In this document: positions 28,260 to 37,782 of the stretch, piece after piece
Position numbering within the stretch: position 1 is the first letter of the stretch
How the letters are laid out: every line of letters starts with the position of its first letter
Assembly: GCA_050010115.1 (NCBI GenBank)
Contig: JBEKLQ010000001.1
Location: 5,091 to 69,090 of the forward strand
Reading direction: 5' to 3'
Origin: Acidimicrobiales bacterium
GTDB taxonomy: Bacteria > Actinomycetota > Acidimicrobiia > Acidimicrobiales > Bog-793
DNA: 64,000 nt
Notes under the pieces: generated by a model
Told to the model about the DNA's origin: nothing
Databases searched by the model: none
What the model saw: the letters and a program-made list of their open reading frames with translations, nothing else
Program-made: the position numbers and the translations under genes

Positions 28260-29012
28260 GTGCACGGGCTCCTTCTCGCCGCCACCGTCCCGGACGCGAT
28301 CACCTTCGCCGTTGCGGCCGTGATCAGCGTCGTCGGCGCGCTTGGCGTGGTCCTCTCGCGTCACCCGGTCCACTCGGCGCTGATGCTCGTCATGACGATG
28401 TTCGGTGTCGCCGTGCTGTTCGTCGAAGAGAACGCTCAGTTTCTCGCGGCGGCGCAGGTGATCGTGTACGCCGGCGCCATCGTGGTGCTGTTCCTCTTCG
28501 TGATCATGCTGCTCGGGATCGACAGGACAGAATCGATCGCCGCCGAGCCGCTGAAAGGCCAGCGCCCCGTCGCGGTGCTGCTGGGGCTGCTCGTTCTCGC
28601 CGAGGTGATCCTGCTCGCCCGCGGCCGGTGGCCGACCGGGGCTCACTCGACGGCCGGCAACTTGAACCCGCCCGGCACCCCGAACGTCAACGTGCTCGGC
28701 AAGTCGATCTTCACGACGTTCCTGCTCCCCTTCGAAGTGACGTCGGCCCTGTTGGTCATCGCCGTGATCGGTGCTGTAGTCCTAGCCCGCCGCCCGCACC
28801 CGCTCAGCACCGACCCCGGCGTGGCGTCCGGGCTCGACTCGGGCCCAGACGACGCCCCTGACTTCACGGGTCGAGACGTGTTCGCCGATGCCTCGTTGGG
28901 AGATCCAGCCAGCGAAGACGAGCCCCGTCCGCTGGTCGTGGGTGTCCCCGAGGCGGGGGTTTCGCCGCTGAGTGGGAGCACCCACGACCAGCAACAGGAG
29001 GGAGAAGAATGA
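28260..29012 (+). CDS. nuoJ: NADH-quinone oxidoreductase subunit J, with an acidic C-terminal tail
   Basis: Polytopic membrane protein, '[21 protein letters not shown]...[20 protein letters not shown]'. Position in the operon supports the call. Confidence 0.88.
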   Translation: MHGLLLAATVPDAITFAVAAVISVVGALGVVLSRHPVHSALMLVMTMFGVAVLFVEENAQFLAAAQVIVYAGAIVVLFLFVIMLLGIDRTESIAAEPLKGQRPVAVLLGLLVLAEVILLARGRWPTGAHSTAGNLNPPGTPNVNVLGKSIFTTFLLPFEVTSALLVIAVIGAVVLARRPHPLSTDPGVASGLDSGPDDAPDFTGRDVFADASLGDPASEDEPRPLVVGVPEAGVSPLSGSTHDQQQEGEE

Positions 29013-29314
29013 GCATCAACGCCAGCTGGTACCTCACCCTCGCCGCCATCTTGTTCTCGATCGGTGCCGTCGGCCTCCTCGTGCGCCGCAACGTGCTGGT
29101 CATGTTCATGTGCGTCGAGCTGATGCTGAACGCCGCCAACCTCACATTCGTGACGTTCGCCCGTGAGCTGAACGACATCGGAGGCCAGGCGGCGGTGTTC
29201 TTCGTGCTCGTGGTGGCGGCCGCTGAGGTGGTCGTCGGGCTCGGCATCATCGTAGCGATCTTCCGGAGGCGCGTCGGAGCCACCGCTGACGACATCCACG
29301 TGCTGAAGGGCTGA
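29009..29314 (+). CDS. nuoK: NADH-quinone oxidoreductase subunit K
   Basis: 101 aa with 3 TM segments and '[12 protein letters not shown]'. ATGA overlap with nuoJ. Confidence 0.92.
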   Translation: MSINASWYLTLAAILFSIGAVGLLVRRNVLVMFMCVELMLNAANLTFVTFARELNDIGGQAAVFFVLVVAAAEVVVGLGIIVAIFRRRVGATADDIHVLKG

Positions 29315-29322
29315 CTGTCGCC

Positions 29323-31245
29323 GTGCTCCGTGCTGCCTTCCTGATCCCGCTGCTCCCGTTCGTCGGGTTCCTGCTGCTCACCGCCTTCGGGCGCAAGCTC
29401 GGCAACCCGCGGGCGGGTTGGCTGGCAACGATCATGGTGCTGGCGTCGTTCGTCGTGTCGCTGATCGTCTTCGGTGGCCTGCTGCACCGTCCGGCGAGCG
29501 ACCGGTCCTACACCCAGACCTGGTACACGTGGTTCGCCGTCGATCGTCTCCGTGTGACAGCAGGACTGCTGATCGACCCGCTCTCGATGACGATGGCGAC
29601 GTTCGTCACCGGCGTCAGCTCGCTGATCCACCTGTACTCGATCGGTTACATGGAGCACGACGAGCAATTCCCGAAGTTCTTCTTGTACCTGAACCTGTTC
29701 GTGTCCTCGATGCTCATCCTCGTGCTCGGGGGGAACCTCGTGCTCACCTTCGTCGGCTGGGAAGGCGTCGGGGTGTGCTCCTATTTCCTCATCGCGTTCT
29801 GGTTCAACCGGCCGAGCGCCGCCAGCGCCGGCAAGAAGGCGATGATCTTCAACCGCATCGGCGACGCCGGCTTCCTGCTGGCGATGTTCCTCACCTACGA
29901 GCGCACCGGCAGCCTGCAGTACTCCACGGTGTTCGCACGGCTGGGTCACGTGGGGACTCCGTCGCTCACGGCGATAGCGCTGCTGCTGTTCCTCGGCGCC
30001 GTGGGTAAGTCGGCCCAGCTCCCGCTGTACCCGTGGCTGGCAGACGCCATGGAAGGTCCGACACCGGTCTCGGCATTGATCCACGCCGCCACGATGGTGA
30101 CCGCCGGCGTCTACCTCATGTGCCGCATCAGCCCGATCCTGTACCGCGCGCCCGATGCAGCCCACGTGATCGCCATCGTCGGGGCGGCGACGGCGTTCCT
30201 CGGGGCGACCATCGCTTGCGCCCAGAACGACATCAAGAAGATCCTGGCGTACTCGACGATCAGCCAGCTCGGGTACATGTTCCTCGCCGCAGGCGTCGGG
30301 GCGTACGTGGCGGCCATCTTCCTCATGCTCACGCACGCGTTCTACAAGGCTCTGCTCTTCCTCGGCGCCGGCTCGGTGATCCACGCCATGGGGGACGAGC
30401 AGGACACGAAACGCTTCGGCGCCTTGGCCAAGGTCATGCCCGTCACGGCAGTCACGTTCCTCATCGGCTGGCTGTCGATCGGCGGCGTACCGCCGTTCTC
30501 CGGCTTCTGGTCGAAGGGCGACGTGCTCATGAACGCCTGGGCCGAGAGCCCGGTCCTCTATGTGGTGGCGGCGGTGACCGCGGTCCTCACCGCTTACTAC
30601 CTCGGGCGCTGCTACCTGCTGACCTTCCGGGGTCAACAACGCTGGGTCGAGGCCCGGCCGAGCGGCGACGGCTCGCACGACGCCCATGCGGAGGCTCACG
30701 GGCCGCTCGAGCCGCACGACCCGGGCTGGGTCATGAAGCTGCCACTCGTGGTGCTGGCAGCGGCGTCGATCATCGCCGGCATCATCAACCTGCCGTTCCA
30801 CCCGAACTGGGTCTTCCTCGAGCGCTGGTTGAACCCCGTCGTGGGCGCCCAGTTGCTGAACCACCACTTCTCGATCGGCGCCGAATGGGGCTTCGCGCTC
30901 GGTGACGCCGTGCTCGCCGGTATCGGCGTGGCGATCGCCGTCGGGTTGTGGCGCAACACCGCCGAGCGCCCGGCGGCGGAACCGACCTTCCTGCGCCGGG
31001 CCTGGTTCATCGACGCGGCGTACGACCGGGTCATCGCCCGCGGGTCGACGGAGCTCGCCGTGGTCACCTCCGATGACGTCGAGACGAAGGTCATCGACGG
31101 GGCGGTGAACGGCCTCGGGGCGTTCTTCGCCGGCACGGGCCGCAGGTTGCGGACGGTCCAGACGGGCTACGTGCGCAACTACGCCCTCGGTCTCCTGGGT
31201 GGCCTCGTCATCCTGCTCGCCTACGTCGCTGTGAAGGCGGGCTGA
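29323..31245 (+). CDS. nuoL: NADH-quinone oxidoreductase subunit L
   Basis: Antiporter-like subunit: 'FVGWEGVGVCSYFLI', 'GKSAQLPLYPWLADAMEGPTPVSALIHAATMVTAGVY'. Confidence 0.94.
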   Translation: MLRAAFLIPLLPFVGFLLLTAFGRKLGNPRAGWLATIMVLASFVVSLIVFGGLLHRPASDRSYTQTWYTWFAVDRLRVTAGLLIDPLSMTMATFVTGVSSLIHLYSIGYMEHDEQFPKFFLYLNLFVSSMLILVLGGNLVLTFVGWEGVGVCSYFLIAFWFNRPSAASAGKKAMIFNRIGDAGFLLAMFLTYERTGSLQYSTVFARLGHVGTPSLTAIALLLFLGAVGKSAQLPLYPWLADAMEGPTPVSALIHAATMVTAGVYLMCRISPILYRAPDAAHVIAIVGAATAFLGATIACAQNDIKKILAYSTISQLGYMFLAAGVGAYVAAIFLMLTHAFYKALLFLGAGSVIHAMGDEQDTKRFGALAKVMPVTAVTFLIGWLSIGGVPPFSGFWSKGDVLMNAWAESPVLYVVAAVTAVLTAYYLGRCYLLTFRGQQRWVEARPSGDGSHDAHAEAHGPLEPHDPGWVMKLPLVVLAAASIIAGIINLPFHPNWVFLERWLNPVVGAQLLNHHFSIGAEWGFALGDAVLAGIGVAIAVGLWRNTAERPAAEPTFLRRAWFIDAAYDRVIARGSTELAVVTSDDVETKVIDGAVNGLGAFFAGTGRRLRTVQTGYVRNYALGLLGGLVILLAYVAVKAG

Positions 31246-32831
31246 TGAGCTCCCACTTCCCGTTCCTCACGGTGCTCGTGCTGCTCCCGGCCGGGGCAGG
31301 CCTCCTCGTGCCGCTCGTCGGGTCATTGGCGGCGAGTTCCGGCGCCGCCGCCGAGCGGCGCGCCGTGCAGGTCGTCGGATGGGTCGGAGTGCTCGCCACG
31401 CTCGTCGTGGCGGCGGTGACGCTCGATCGGTTCTCGAGCCGTGTCGGTGCGTTCCAGATGGTGACGGACCACACCTGGATCGCATCGCTCGGCATCCGCT
31501 GGACGCTCGGCATCGACGGCATCTCGCTGTTCCTCGTCCTCATGACGGCCTTGCTGTTCCCGATCGCGCTCGCAGGCGCCGGCTCGAAGCGCGACGACAA
31601 GTCCTTCGTCGCCTGGCTCCTCATCCTCGAGGCGGGCTGCCTCGGGAGTTTCCTGTCCCTCGACGTGCTCGTGTTTTTCCTGTTCTTCGAGCTCACGCTC
31701 GTGCCCGTGTACTTCATCGTCGCCGGCTTCGGGCACGAACGACGGGGCTACGCGGCGACGAAGTTCTTCCTCTACACCCTCGCCGCCTCCGCCTTCCTCC
31801 TCGTCGGGATCCTGGCGCTGGTCGCCATCCACGCTCATCAGACCGGCGTGACGACCTTCGACGTGCGGGCGCTGGCGACGACGCACCTCTCGGACACCGC
31901 AGGCGTGCTCCTGTTCCTTGCCTTCACGGCCGCGTTCGCCGTGAAGGCCCCGGTGTTCCCGTTCCACACGTGGTCCCCTGACGCCTACCGGGAATCGCCC
32001 GCTGCCGGAGCCGTCATCCTCGCCGGCGTCATGGCAAAGCTCGGGACCTACGGGATCGTGCGGTTCGATCTCGAGCTGTTCCCGAAGGCCGTCGTCACGC
32101 TCGCGCCGCTCCTGCTGACGCTGGGTGTCGTCGGCATCATCTACGGCGGGATCGTCGCCGCTGTCCAGCACGACCTGAAGCGGCTGATCGCCTATTCGTC
32201 GCTCGCCCACATCGGTTTCATCGTGATCGGCACGGTGGCGCTGACCGGGCCGGCCCTGTCCGGAGCGGTGCTGCAGATGGTCAACCATGGCCTCTACACG
32301 GCGGCGCTGTTCCTGCTCGTGGCGATGATCTACCGGCGCTCGGGCAGCTTCTCGACGAAGGACCTCACGGGTCTCCAGTCAAAGGCGCCCGTGCTCGCCG
32401 GCATGTTCACCGTGGTCATGCTGGCGTCGATCGGCGTGCCGGGCCTGAACGGGTTCGTCGGCGAGTTCCTCATCCTGTCGGGGACGTTCCTCACCCACCG
32501 CTGGTGGGCGGTTGCCGCCACCGGGGGCGTGATCATCGCCGCCGTCTACCTCTTGTGGGCCTACCAGCAGGTCTTCCACGGCACTCCGACCGAGCGCGTA
32601 GCAACGTTCAAGGAGATCACGTGGCGTGAGAGCGCCTATGTCGCTCCGCTCATCGCGTTGATCGTGCTCCTCGGGGTGTTCCCCGGCCCATTGCTGTCCC
32701 GGATCACCCCATCGGTCGACCTCCTCGTCACTCACGTCGAACAAGTCGGCCACGCACCGGTACCGCCGGCAGGACAGCCGGCCGTCAAGGTCGCCCTCAA
32801 GCCGGTAACCCCACAAGGTGGCTCCCGATGA
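31245..32831 (+). CDS. nuoM: NADH-quinone oxidoreductase subunit M
   Basis: 'FELTLVPVYFIV', 'FAVKAPVFPFHTWSPDAY', 'KLGTYGIVRF'. Confidence 0.94.
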   Translation: MSSHFPFLTVLVLLPAGAGLLVPLVGSLAASSGAAAERRAVQVVGWVGVLATLVVAAVTLDRFSSRVGAFQMVTDHTWIASLGIRWTLGIDGISLFLVLMTALLFPIALAGAGSKRDDKSFVAWLLILEAGCLGSFLSLDVLVFFLFFELTLVPVYFIVAGFGHERRGYAATKFFLYTLAASAFLLVGILALVAIHAHQTGVTTFDVRALATTHLSDTAGVLLFLAFTAAFAVKAPVFPFHTWSPDAYRESPAAGAVILAGVMAKLGTYGIVRFDLELFPKAVVTLAPLLLTLGVVGIIYGGIVAAVQHDLKRLIAYSSLAHIGFIVIGTVALTGPALSGAVLQMVNHGLYTAALFLLVAMIYRRSGSFSTKDLTGLQSKAPVLAGMFTVVMLASIGVPGLNGFVGEFLILSGTFLTHRWWAVAATGGVIIAAVYLLWAYQQVFHGTPTERVATFKEITWRESAYVAPLIALIVLLGVFPGPLLSRITPSVDLLVTHVEQVGHAPVPPAGQPAVKVALKPVTPQGGSR

Positions 32832-34456
32832 GCTTGTTCGCACTGCTGGCTCCGATCCCCTCCGTGCACATCGACTACACGGCGATCCTGCCCGAGCTGA
32901 TCTTCATCGGCGGTGCACTCGTGTTGTTGCTGGCCGGTGCGCTCAGGGTCCGCCAGATCCCGACGGTGCTCTACACGGCCGCGACCGTGGTGATCTCCGT
33001 GGCCTCGCTCGTGAGCTCGATCGTGCTGTGGAGGACTGTCGCGGTTCACGGGCCGTTCGGGGCGATCTCCGACTCGCTCACCATCGACGGCTTCTCCGTT
33101 GCGTTCATGATCCTGGCCTCGTGCATCCTGGTCGTGGCGGCCTCTGTCGCCGACGGCTATCTCCGTCGCGAGGGCATCGTCGGCCCCGAGTACTACGCGC
33201 TGGCGCTGCTGGCGGCGTCGGGAGCGATGCTGATGGCGTCAGCCAACGACCTGATCGTGATCTTCCTCGGGCTCGAGATCATGTCGATCCCGCTGTACAT
33301 CCTCGCCGGCTTCGACCAGCGCCGCGCCGAGTCCGGTGAAGCAGCCATGAAGTACTTCGTCCTCGGGGCATTCTCGTCGGCGATCTTCGTCTACGGCATC
33401 GCGCTCACCTACGGGGCGACCGGCTCGACGAACCTGGCCGAGATCGCGTCGTACCTGGCCAACAACCTCATCACGTCCAACGGCCTGCTGCTGGCGGGGC
33501 TGGCGTTGCTGCTGGCGGGTTTCGCGTTCAAGGTGGCGGCGGTCCCGTTCCACATGTGGACGCCCGACGTCTATCAGGGCGCCCCAACGCCGGCAACGGG
33601 CTTCATGGCGGCGATCGCCAAGGTGGGCGGGTTCGCTGCGCTGCTCCGCGTGTTCTTCTCGACGTTCCACTCGCTGGCAGTGGACTGGCAGCCCATCTTG
33701 TGGGCCATCGCCATCGTCACGCTGCTCGTGGGCGCCGTGCTCGGCCTTGTCCAGCGTGACATCAAGCGGATGCTGGCCTACTCGTCGATCAACCACGCGG
33801 GCTTCATCCTGCTCGGTTTGCAAGCTGCCACCGCCTCCGGAATCGCGTCGAGCCTGTACTACGTATTCGTGTACGCGTTCTTGGTGCTCGGCAGCTTCAC
33901 GGTTATCGCCGTTGTCGGCGGGACCGGGGATCGCGACCACTCGTTGGAGGACTATCGAGGCCTTGGCCGCCGCCAGCCTGTGCTGGCGCTCTGCTTCGCG
34001 ATCTTGCTGCTGGCACAGGCGGGGGCGCCGTTCACGACTGGATTCCTGGCGAAGCTGTACGTGGTCGAGTCCGCCGTCCAGGCGCACTCCTACGCGCTCG
34101 CTGTCATCGCCATGCTGTCGGGAGCCGTGGCGGCGGCGTTCTACCTCCGTGTGGTGTTCCTGATGTACGGGTCCGGTGGGGCTGTGGTCGAGACGCAGGC
34201 CGGCGGCGTGCCCGAGGTGGACCTGGCGGCCCCGGAGGCTGCCGGCACGGCGCCCGCCGGCGCCCTCGCCGTGGCCGTCGCCGACCCGGCCACCGCCACC
34301 GTTGCCGTCACCGCTCCTGGGTTCGGCCTCGCTCGCCTGCCGATCCCGCTCGGGAGCCAGATCGGGCTCTTCCTCACGGTCGGGTTCACGCTCGTGTTCG
34401 GGATCTGGCCGGGACCGCTGTTCTCGTTCGTGCACGCTGCCAGCTTGGCGTTCTGA
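32828..34456 (+). CDS. nuoN: NADH-quinone oxidoreductase subunit N
   Basis: 'FLGLEIMSIPLYILAG', 'FKVAAVPFHMWTPDVYQGAPTP', 'MLAYSSINHAGF'. Confidence 0.93.
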   Translation: MSLFALLAPIPSVHIDYTAILPELIFIGGALVLLLAGALRVRQIPTVLYTAATVVISVASLVSSIVLWRTVAVHGPFGAISDSLTIDGFSVAFMILASCILVVAASVADGYLRREGIVGPEYYALALLAASGAMLMASANDLIVIFLGLEIMSIPLYILAGFDQRRAESGEAAMKYFVLGAFSSAIFVYGIALTYGATGSTNLAEIASYLANNLITSNGLLLAGLALLLAGFAFKVAAVPFHMWTPDVYQGAPTPATGFMAAIAKVGGFAALLRVFFSTFHSLAVDWQPILWAIAIVTLLVGAVLGLVQRDIKRMLAYSSINHAGFILLGLQAATASGIASSLYYVFVYAFLVLGSFTVIAVVGGTGDRDHSLEDYRGLGRRQPVLALCFAILLLAQAGAPFTTGFLAKLYVVESAVQAHSYALAVIAMLSGAVAAAFYLRVVFLMYGSGGAVVETQAGGVPEVDLAAPEAAGTAPAGALAVAVADPATATVAVTAPGFGLARLPIPLGSQIGLFLTVGFTLVFGIWPGPLFSFVHAASLAF

Positions 34457-34459
34457 CCC

Positions 34460-34570
34460 ATGCGCGGTATCGCCGGGGTCGCCCGGTCAGCGGAGGACCG
34501 GGCCCGGCTCGGCGCCATGATCGAGTCGATGGCGCACCGGGGCCGCGAACGGCCGCGGCCGCGCTCCCCG
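34460..34570 (+). pseudogene. Possible relic of the N-terminus of a glutamine-hydrolysing asparagine synthase
   Basis: 'MRGIAGVARSAEDRARLGAMIESMAHRG' resembles the AsnB start 'MCGIAG...M...L.HRGPD', but the catalytic Cys2 is Arg. The remainder of ORF 34460..34768 runs antisense into the convergent MprF-like gene. Confidence 0.25.
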
Positions 34571-37500
34571 TTACTTGCTGTCGCCCGACTCCACGGCGCT
34601 CGCCCCGGGCCCGACCGTCTCGTCACCCGCTTCAGACCCGGCGCCCACACCCACCGGCACGAGGAAGCGCCCGATGAGCGGAAGCTCCCAGAAGCTCTCG
34701 GCCTTCGCGATCGCCAGTGCCGCTGCGAGCGACTGCTCGGCGGAGTCCCAGACGACATAGCGCGGTAGCCATTCCGGGTCGAACTTGGCGTTGAAACGCC
34801 AGAGCGACTCGATCTGCATCGAGTCGGACATCCGGCGGAGCAGCCAGCGCTCCAGCTTCGTCGAGATGCCGTCTCCGGCTTCGCCGGCGAGGACCGCCCG
34901 CATCATGGCGAAGTTGAGCCCGAGCTTGGCATGACCGTCGTCGCGCAACCGCTCCATCGTGCGGACGAGGATGAAGTCGAACAGGCCGTTCGGGTGGTCG
35001 CCGTTGTCGCGTCGCATGAGATCGAGCGAGTAGCCGCCGATCCCGGGTGCGGGGACGAACTGGCAGAACGCCACGGGCCGCCCGTTGGGGTCCGACGCGA
35101 CGGCGAGGATCAGTCCCGAATCGTGCGGGTCGAATATCCGCCCGAGCGTCATGGAGAAACCCCTCTCCACCCCTCCACGCCGGCTCTGGGTCATCACGTC
35201 CCGCAGGGCTTCGGCAAGCTCCGGGTCGCAGTCGGCGGGGTCGTGGAAGCTGATGGTGTAGCCGTATTTGGCGATCCGGTTGACGGCCTGGCGCAGGCCC
35301 TTCTTCGACCCTCCGGCCAGCGACATCGTGCGGACGTCCACGACACCCTCGTCGCCGATGTAGAGGTCACGCATCCCGGACCGGTGGTAGATCGGCAGCC
35401 AATCCTGGCCGGCCGCGAGTACCGCCACGGCCCAGCCGTGCTCGTCGGCAAAGCGCCGGAACGCCGCCCACAGACGGGCGCGCTCTTCGAGTGGGCCGAT
35501 CGGATCCGGCGAGACCAGGCAGACCCCTGAGCGGATCGCATAGGCCACGACGCTGTCCCGATCGAAGAAGTGCTGCTTGTCACTCCGTAGCGCGAAGTAG
35601 TCGAGGGTTCCGCTGCCCCGCCGGCTGACGACGTCCCGTGCCTGGTCGAAGTCTGCCAGCGCGGCGTCGGCGGAACGCCCGTCGCCGCTGATCGCCGATC
35701 CGTCGCCTCCACTGCCTTCAGCTGCCGTCTGAGCCGGGTGTCGTGCGAGCCTGCGGTCCACGACCGGACGGAAGACCAGCACGAGCGCCACTGCCGCAAG
35801 GCCGAGGCCCACCGCGAGCAAGGCTGGGTCGAGGAAGTCGCCGACCGTGTCCGGAAGCTGAACCGGTCTGAGACCGACCAGCCCGCCGGCCGACGCCAGG
35901 AAGGCCGAGCCCAAGGACAGCGACTGGACAGTGGTGTGGTGGTGATCTTGCCGGTAGAACGCCACACCGAGCCAGAGGGCGAGCGTCGTGAAAGCCGTCA
36001 CCCCGATCGCGCCACCGATCAGTGTCATCAAGCCGGCGCGGAGCGACGGGGGGTCGAACCGCCCACGAAACGAGTCCCGTGCCCACACGAGCCACGCCAG
36101 CACGACGAGCGCCACCAACGAATGCAGGACCTGACCGCCTCGCAGCAGGTGCAGGAGCGACGTCACGGCTTCGATGCCGATGGAGACGAGCCAGGCGAGT
36201 CGCTGCCCTCGCCGGAGGCCGAGCGCCAGGAGCAGCAGGGCGATGCCGGCCAGCGCGTCGAGGGCGCCCGCAGCCTCACTCGCGCCGAGGGGGACGTAAC
36301 CGAGGTAGGGGTGCAGGTGGCCTCGAACCTGTACCGGCGCCAGCGCTGACACGAGGTCGAGCACACCGCTCAGCAACACGACGGTGGCGGCGGCTCGCCG
36401 AATCAAGCGCCGGCGGCGCATCGGGTCGTCGATCGGGGGCCAGCTCGTCGTCCCGGGGAACGCCGCCACGACCGAGAGCTCGAGAGGCGGCCGGCGACGG
36501 CCCACGGCGAATCGCTCGAGCACGCTGCCGGCGGCGCGCTGCTGGCGGGCCACGCACAGGCGTGCGTGCACGTCGGCGCCGCCCTCGACCTCCACGAAGG
36601 AGACCTGCTCGTCGCGTACGAACACCGGCGGCATGCCGAGGACGGCGCGCCGCTCGTCGACGAGCTCGGCGCAAGCGCCGGTGTTGGCGAAGAAACCGTT
36701 CCCGACGCTCCCCAGCTCGGCCCTCAACGTGTGGCCGGTGATGAGGCCGGCATAACCCTCGGCCACGAGGATCCGAGCGGCATCACGGGCAGCGTCGTTC
36801 GCCCGGTCGCCCGGCGGCCCGAGGAGTGCACTCCCGGGACCGGCCCACACGCGGTGGTTCACCACGGCCAACACCACCGCAACCGCCACGAGCTCGAGCG
36901 CCAGCGAGATGGCGATGTCCCGCAGCGGCTGGGCGAAGCCGTGCAGCCTGCTCGGCACGCCGAGGAGCCACAGCTCCGGCAGCCGGGCGAGCACAGCCAC
37001 GGCGATTGGGATGAGCAGCCACCAGGCGTAACGTCCGAACCGCCGGTACATGAGGCGCGAAGCCACAAAGCGCGGCAGCCCGGCGGGATCCGCCAGCCGG
37101 TCGATGCCATCGAGCCATCCGGACTTCGTCGAGGTGAGCGCCGGGAACAGGTCAGTGACGGCATGATGGCCGAGCGGCGTGTCGCGCGGGTCCGTGGGGT
37201 CTGCGTAAGCGCAGCGGCTGTCGTAGGACCAACCGGGCTCGACACGGACGAGGCGACTCCCGGAGGCCGTCCGGACGGCGAGATCGGCGGCGAGCGCCAC
37301 CTCGAAACCGCACGAGGCGACGGACTCCATCGTGGCGGGGTCGTAACAGATCGCCCGGTCCCTCGTCCCCGGCAACAGGATCACCCGGCGGCAGTCTTCC
37401 CGGACAAAACCTGCCAGCGCGTCCCCCAGCTCCACATGTGCCGCCAAGGCCTTCGCAGGGAGATCCGCCGCGCAATCGGTCAGCTCGAACATGTTGCCGG

Positions 37501-37678
37501 CGATGACGACAGCTCCGGGGCCCGTGATGGCGGTGATCGTGTTGGCGAGCTCGCGCGACGCTGAAGTCGACGCGGGAGTCGGCGAGGCACCGAGGAACAG
37601 GTCGCTCGCCACGACCACACGGCCACCCACCGGTAACTCGACGGTCGTGCAAGTCGCTACGCAACTCGGTTGGGCCAT
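34571..37678 (-). CDS. Large membrane protein: degenerate metallophosphoesterase-like N-terminal domain, polytopic TM region, and MprF C-terminal (DUF2156, aminoacyl-phosphatidylglycerol synthase-like) domain
   Basis: The C-terminal 'LDYFALRSDKQHFFDRDSVVAYAIRSGVCLVSPDPIG...GFSMTLGRIF...YSLDLMRR...GLFDFILV...LNFAMMRAV' matches the lysyl-PG-synthase C-terminal domain. The N-terminal 'VVVASDLFLG', 'VVIAGNMFE', 'LLPGTRD' and 'LITGHTL' resemble phosphoesterase motifs with the metal ligands replaced. The likely start is ATG 37678, because the longer ORF to 37861 would overlap acs. Confidence 0.75.
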   Translation of the reverse strand: MAQPSCVATCTTVELPVGGRVVVASDLFLGASPTPASTSASRELANTITAITGPGAVVIAGNMFELTDCAADLPAKALAAHVELGDALAGFVREDCRRVILLPGTRDRAICYDPATMESVASCGFEVALAADLAVRTASGSRLVRVEPGWSYDSRCAYADPTDPRDTPLGHHAVTDLFPALTSTKSGWLDGIDRLADPAGLPRFVASRLMYRRFGRYAWWLLIPIAVAVLARLPELWLLGVPSRLHGFAQPLRDIAISLALELVAVAVVLAVVNHRVWAGPGSALLGPPGDRANDAARDAARILVAEGYAGLITGHTLRAELGSVGNGFFANTGACAELVDERRAVLGMPPVFVRDEQVSFVEVEGGADVHARLCVARQQRAAGSVLERFAVGRRRPPLELSVVAAFPGTTSWPPIDDPMRRRRLIRRAAATVVLLSGVLDLVSALAPVQVRGHLHPYLGYVPLGASEAAGALDALAGIALLLLALGLRRGQRLAWLVSIGIEAVTSLLHLLRGGQVLHSLVALVVLAWLVWARDSFRGRFDPPSLRAGLMTLIGGAIGVTAFTTLALWLGVAFYRQDHHHTTVQSLSLGSAFLASAGGLVGLRPVQLPDTVGDFLDPALLAVGLGLAAVALVLVFRPVVDRRLARHPAQTAAEGSGGDGSAISGDGRSADAALADFDQARDVVSRRGSGTLDYFALRSDKQHFFDRDSVVAYAIRSGVCLVSPDPIGPLEERARLWAAFRRFADEHGWAVAVLAAGQDWLPIYHRSGMRDLYIGDEGVVDVRTMSLAGGSKKGLRQAVNRIAKYGYTISFHDPADCDPELAEALRDVMTQSRRGGVERGFSMTLGRIFDPHDSGLILAVASDPNGRPVAFCQFVPAPGIGGYSLDLMRRDNGDHPNGLFDFILVRTMERLRDDGHAKLGLNFAMMRAVLAGEAGDGISTKLERWLLRRMSDSMQIESLWRFNAKFDPEWLPRYVVWDSAEQSLAAALAIAKAESFWELPLIGRFLVPVGVGAGSEAGDETVGPGASAVESGDSK

Positions 37679-37747
37679 GGTGCCCCCATCTTGCCAGCCC
37701 ATCGGCACGTGACGGGCACAGCGGCCGTCGGCGCGAGCAGGCCAACT

Positions 37748-37776
37748 TTGACATCGGCCGAGCTTCGGGGTTAAGT
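37748..37776 (+). promoter_or_regulatory. Candidate sigma-70-type promoter of acs (TTGACA-17 nt-TTAAGT), implying a leaderless mRNA
   Basis: TTGACA at 37748-37753, a 17-nt spacer, then TTAAGT at 37771-37776. The acs ATG (37783) lies 7 nt downstream of the -10 element and has no Shine-Dalgarno sequence. Confidence 0.4.
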
Positions 37777-37782
37777 CTGCGA

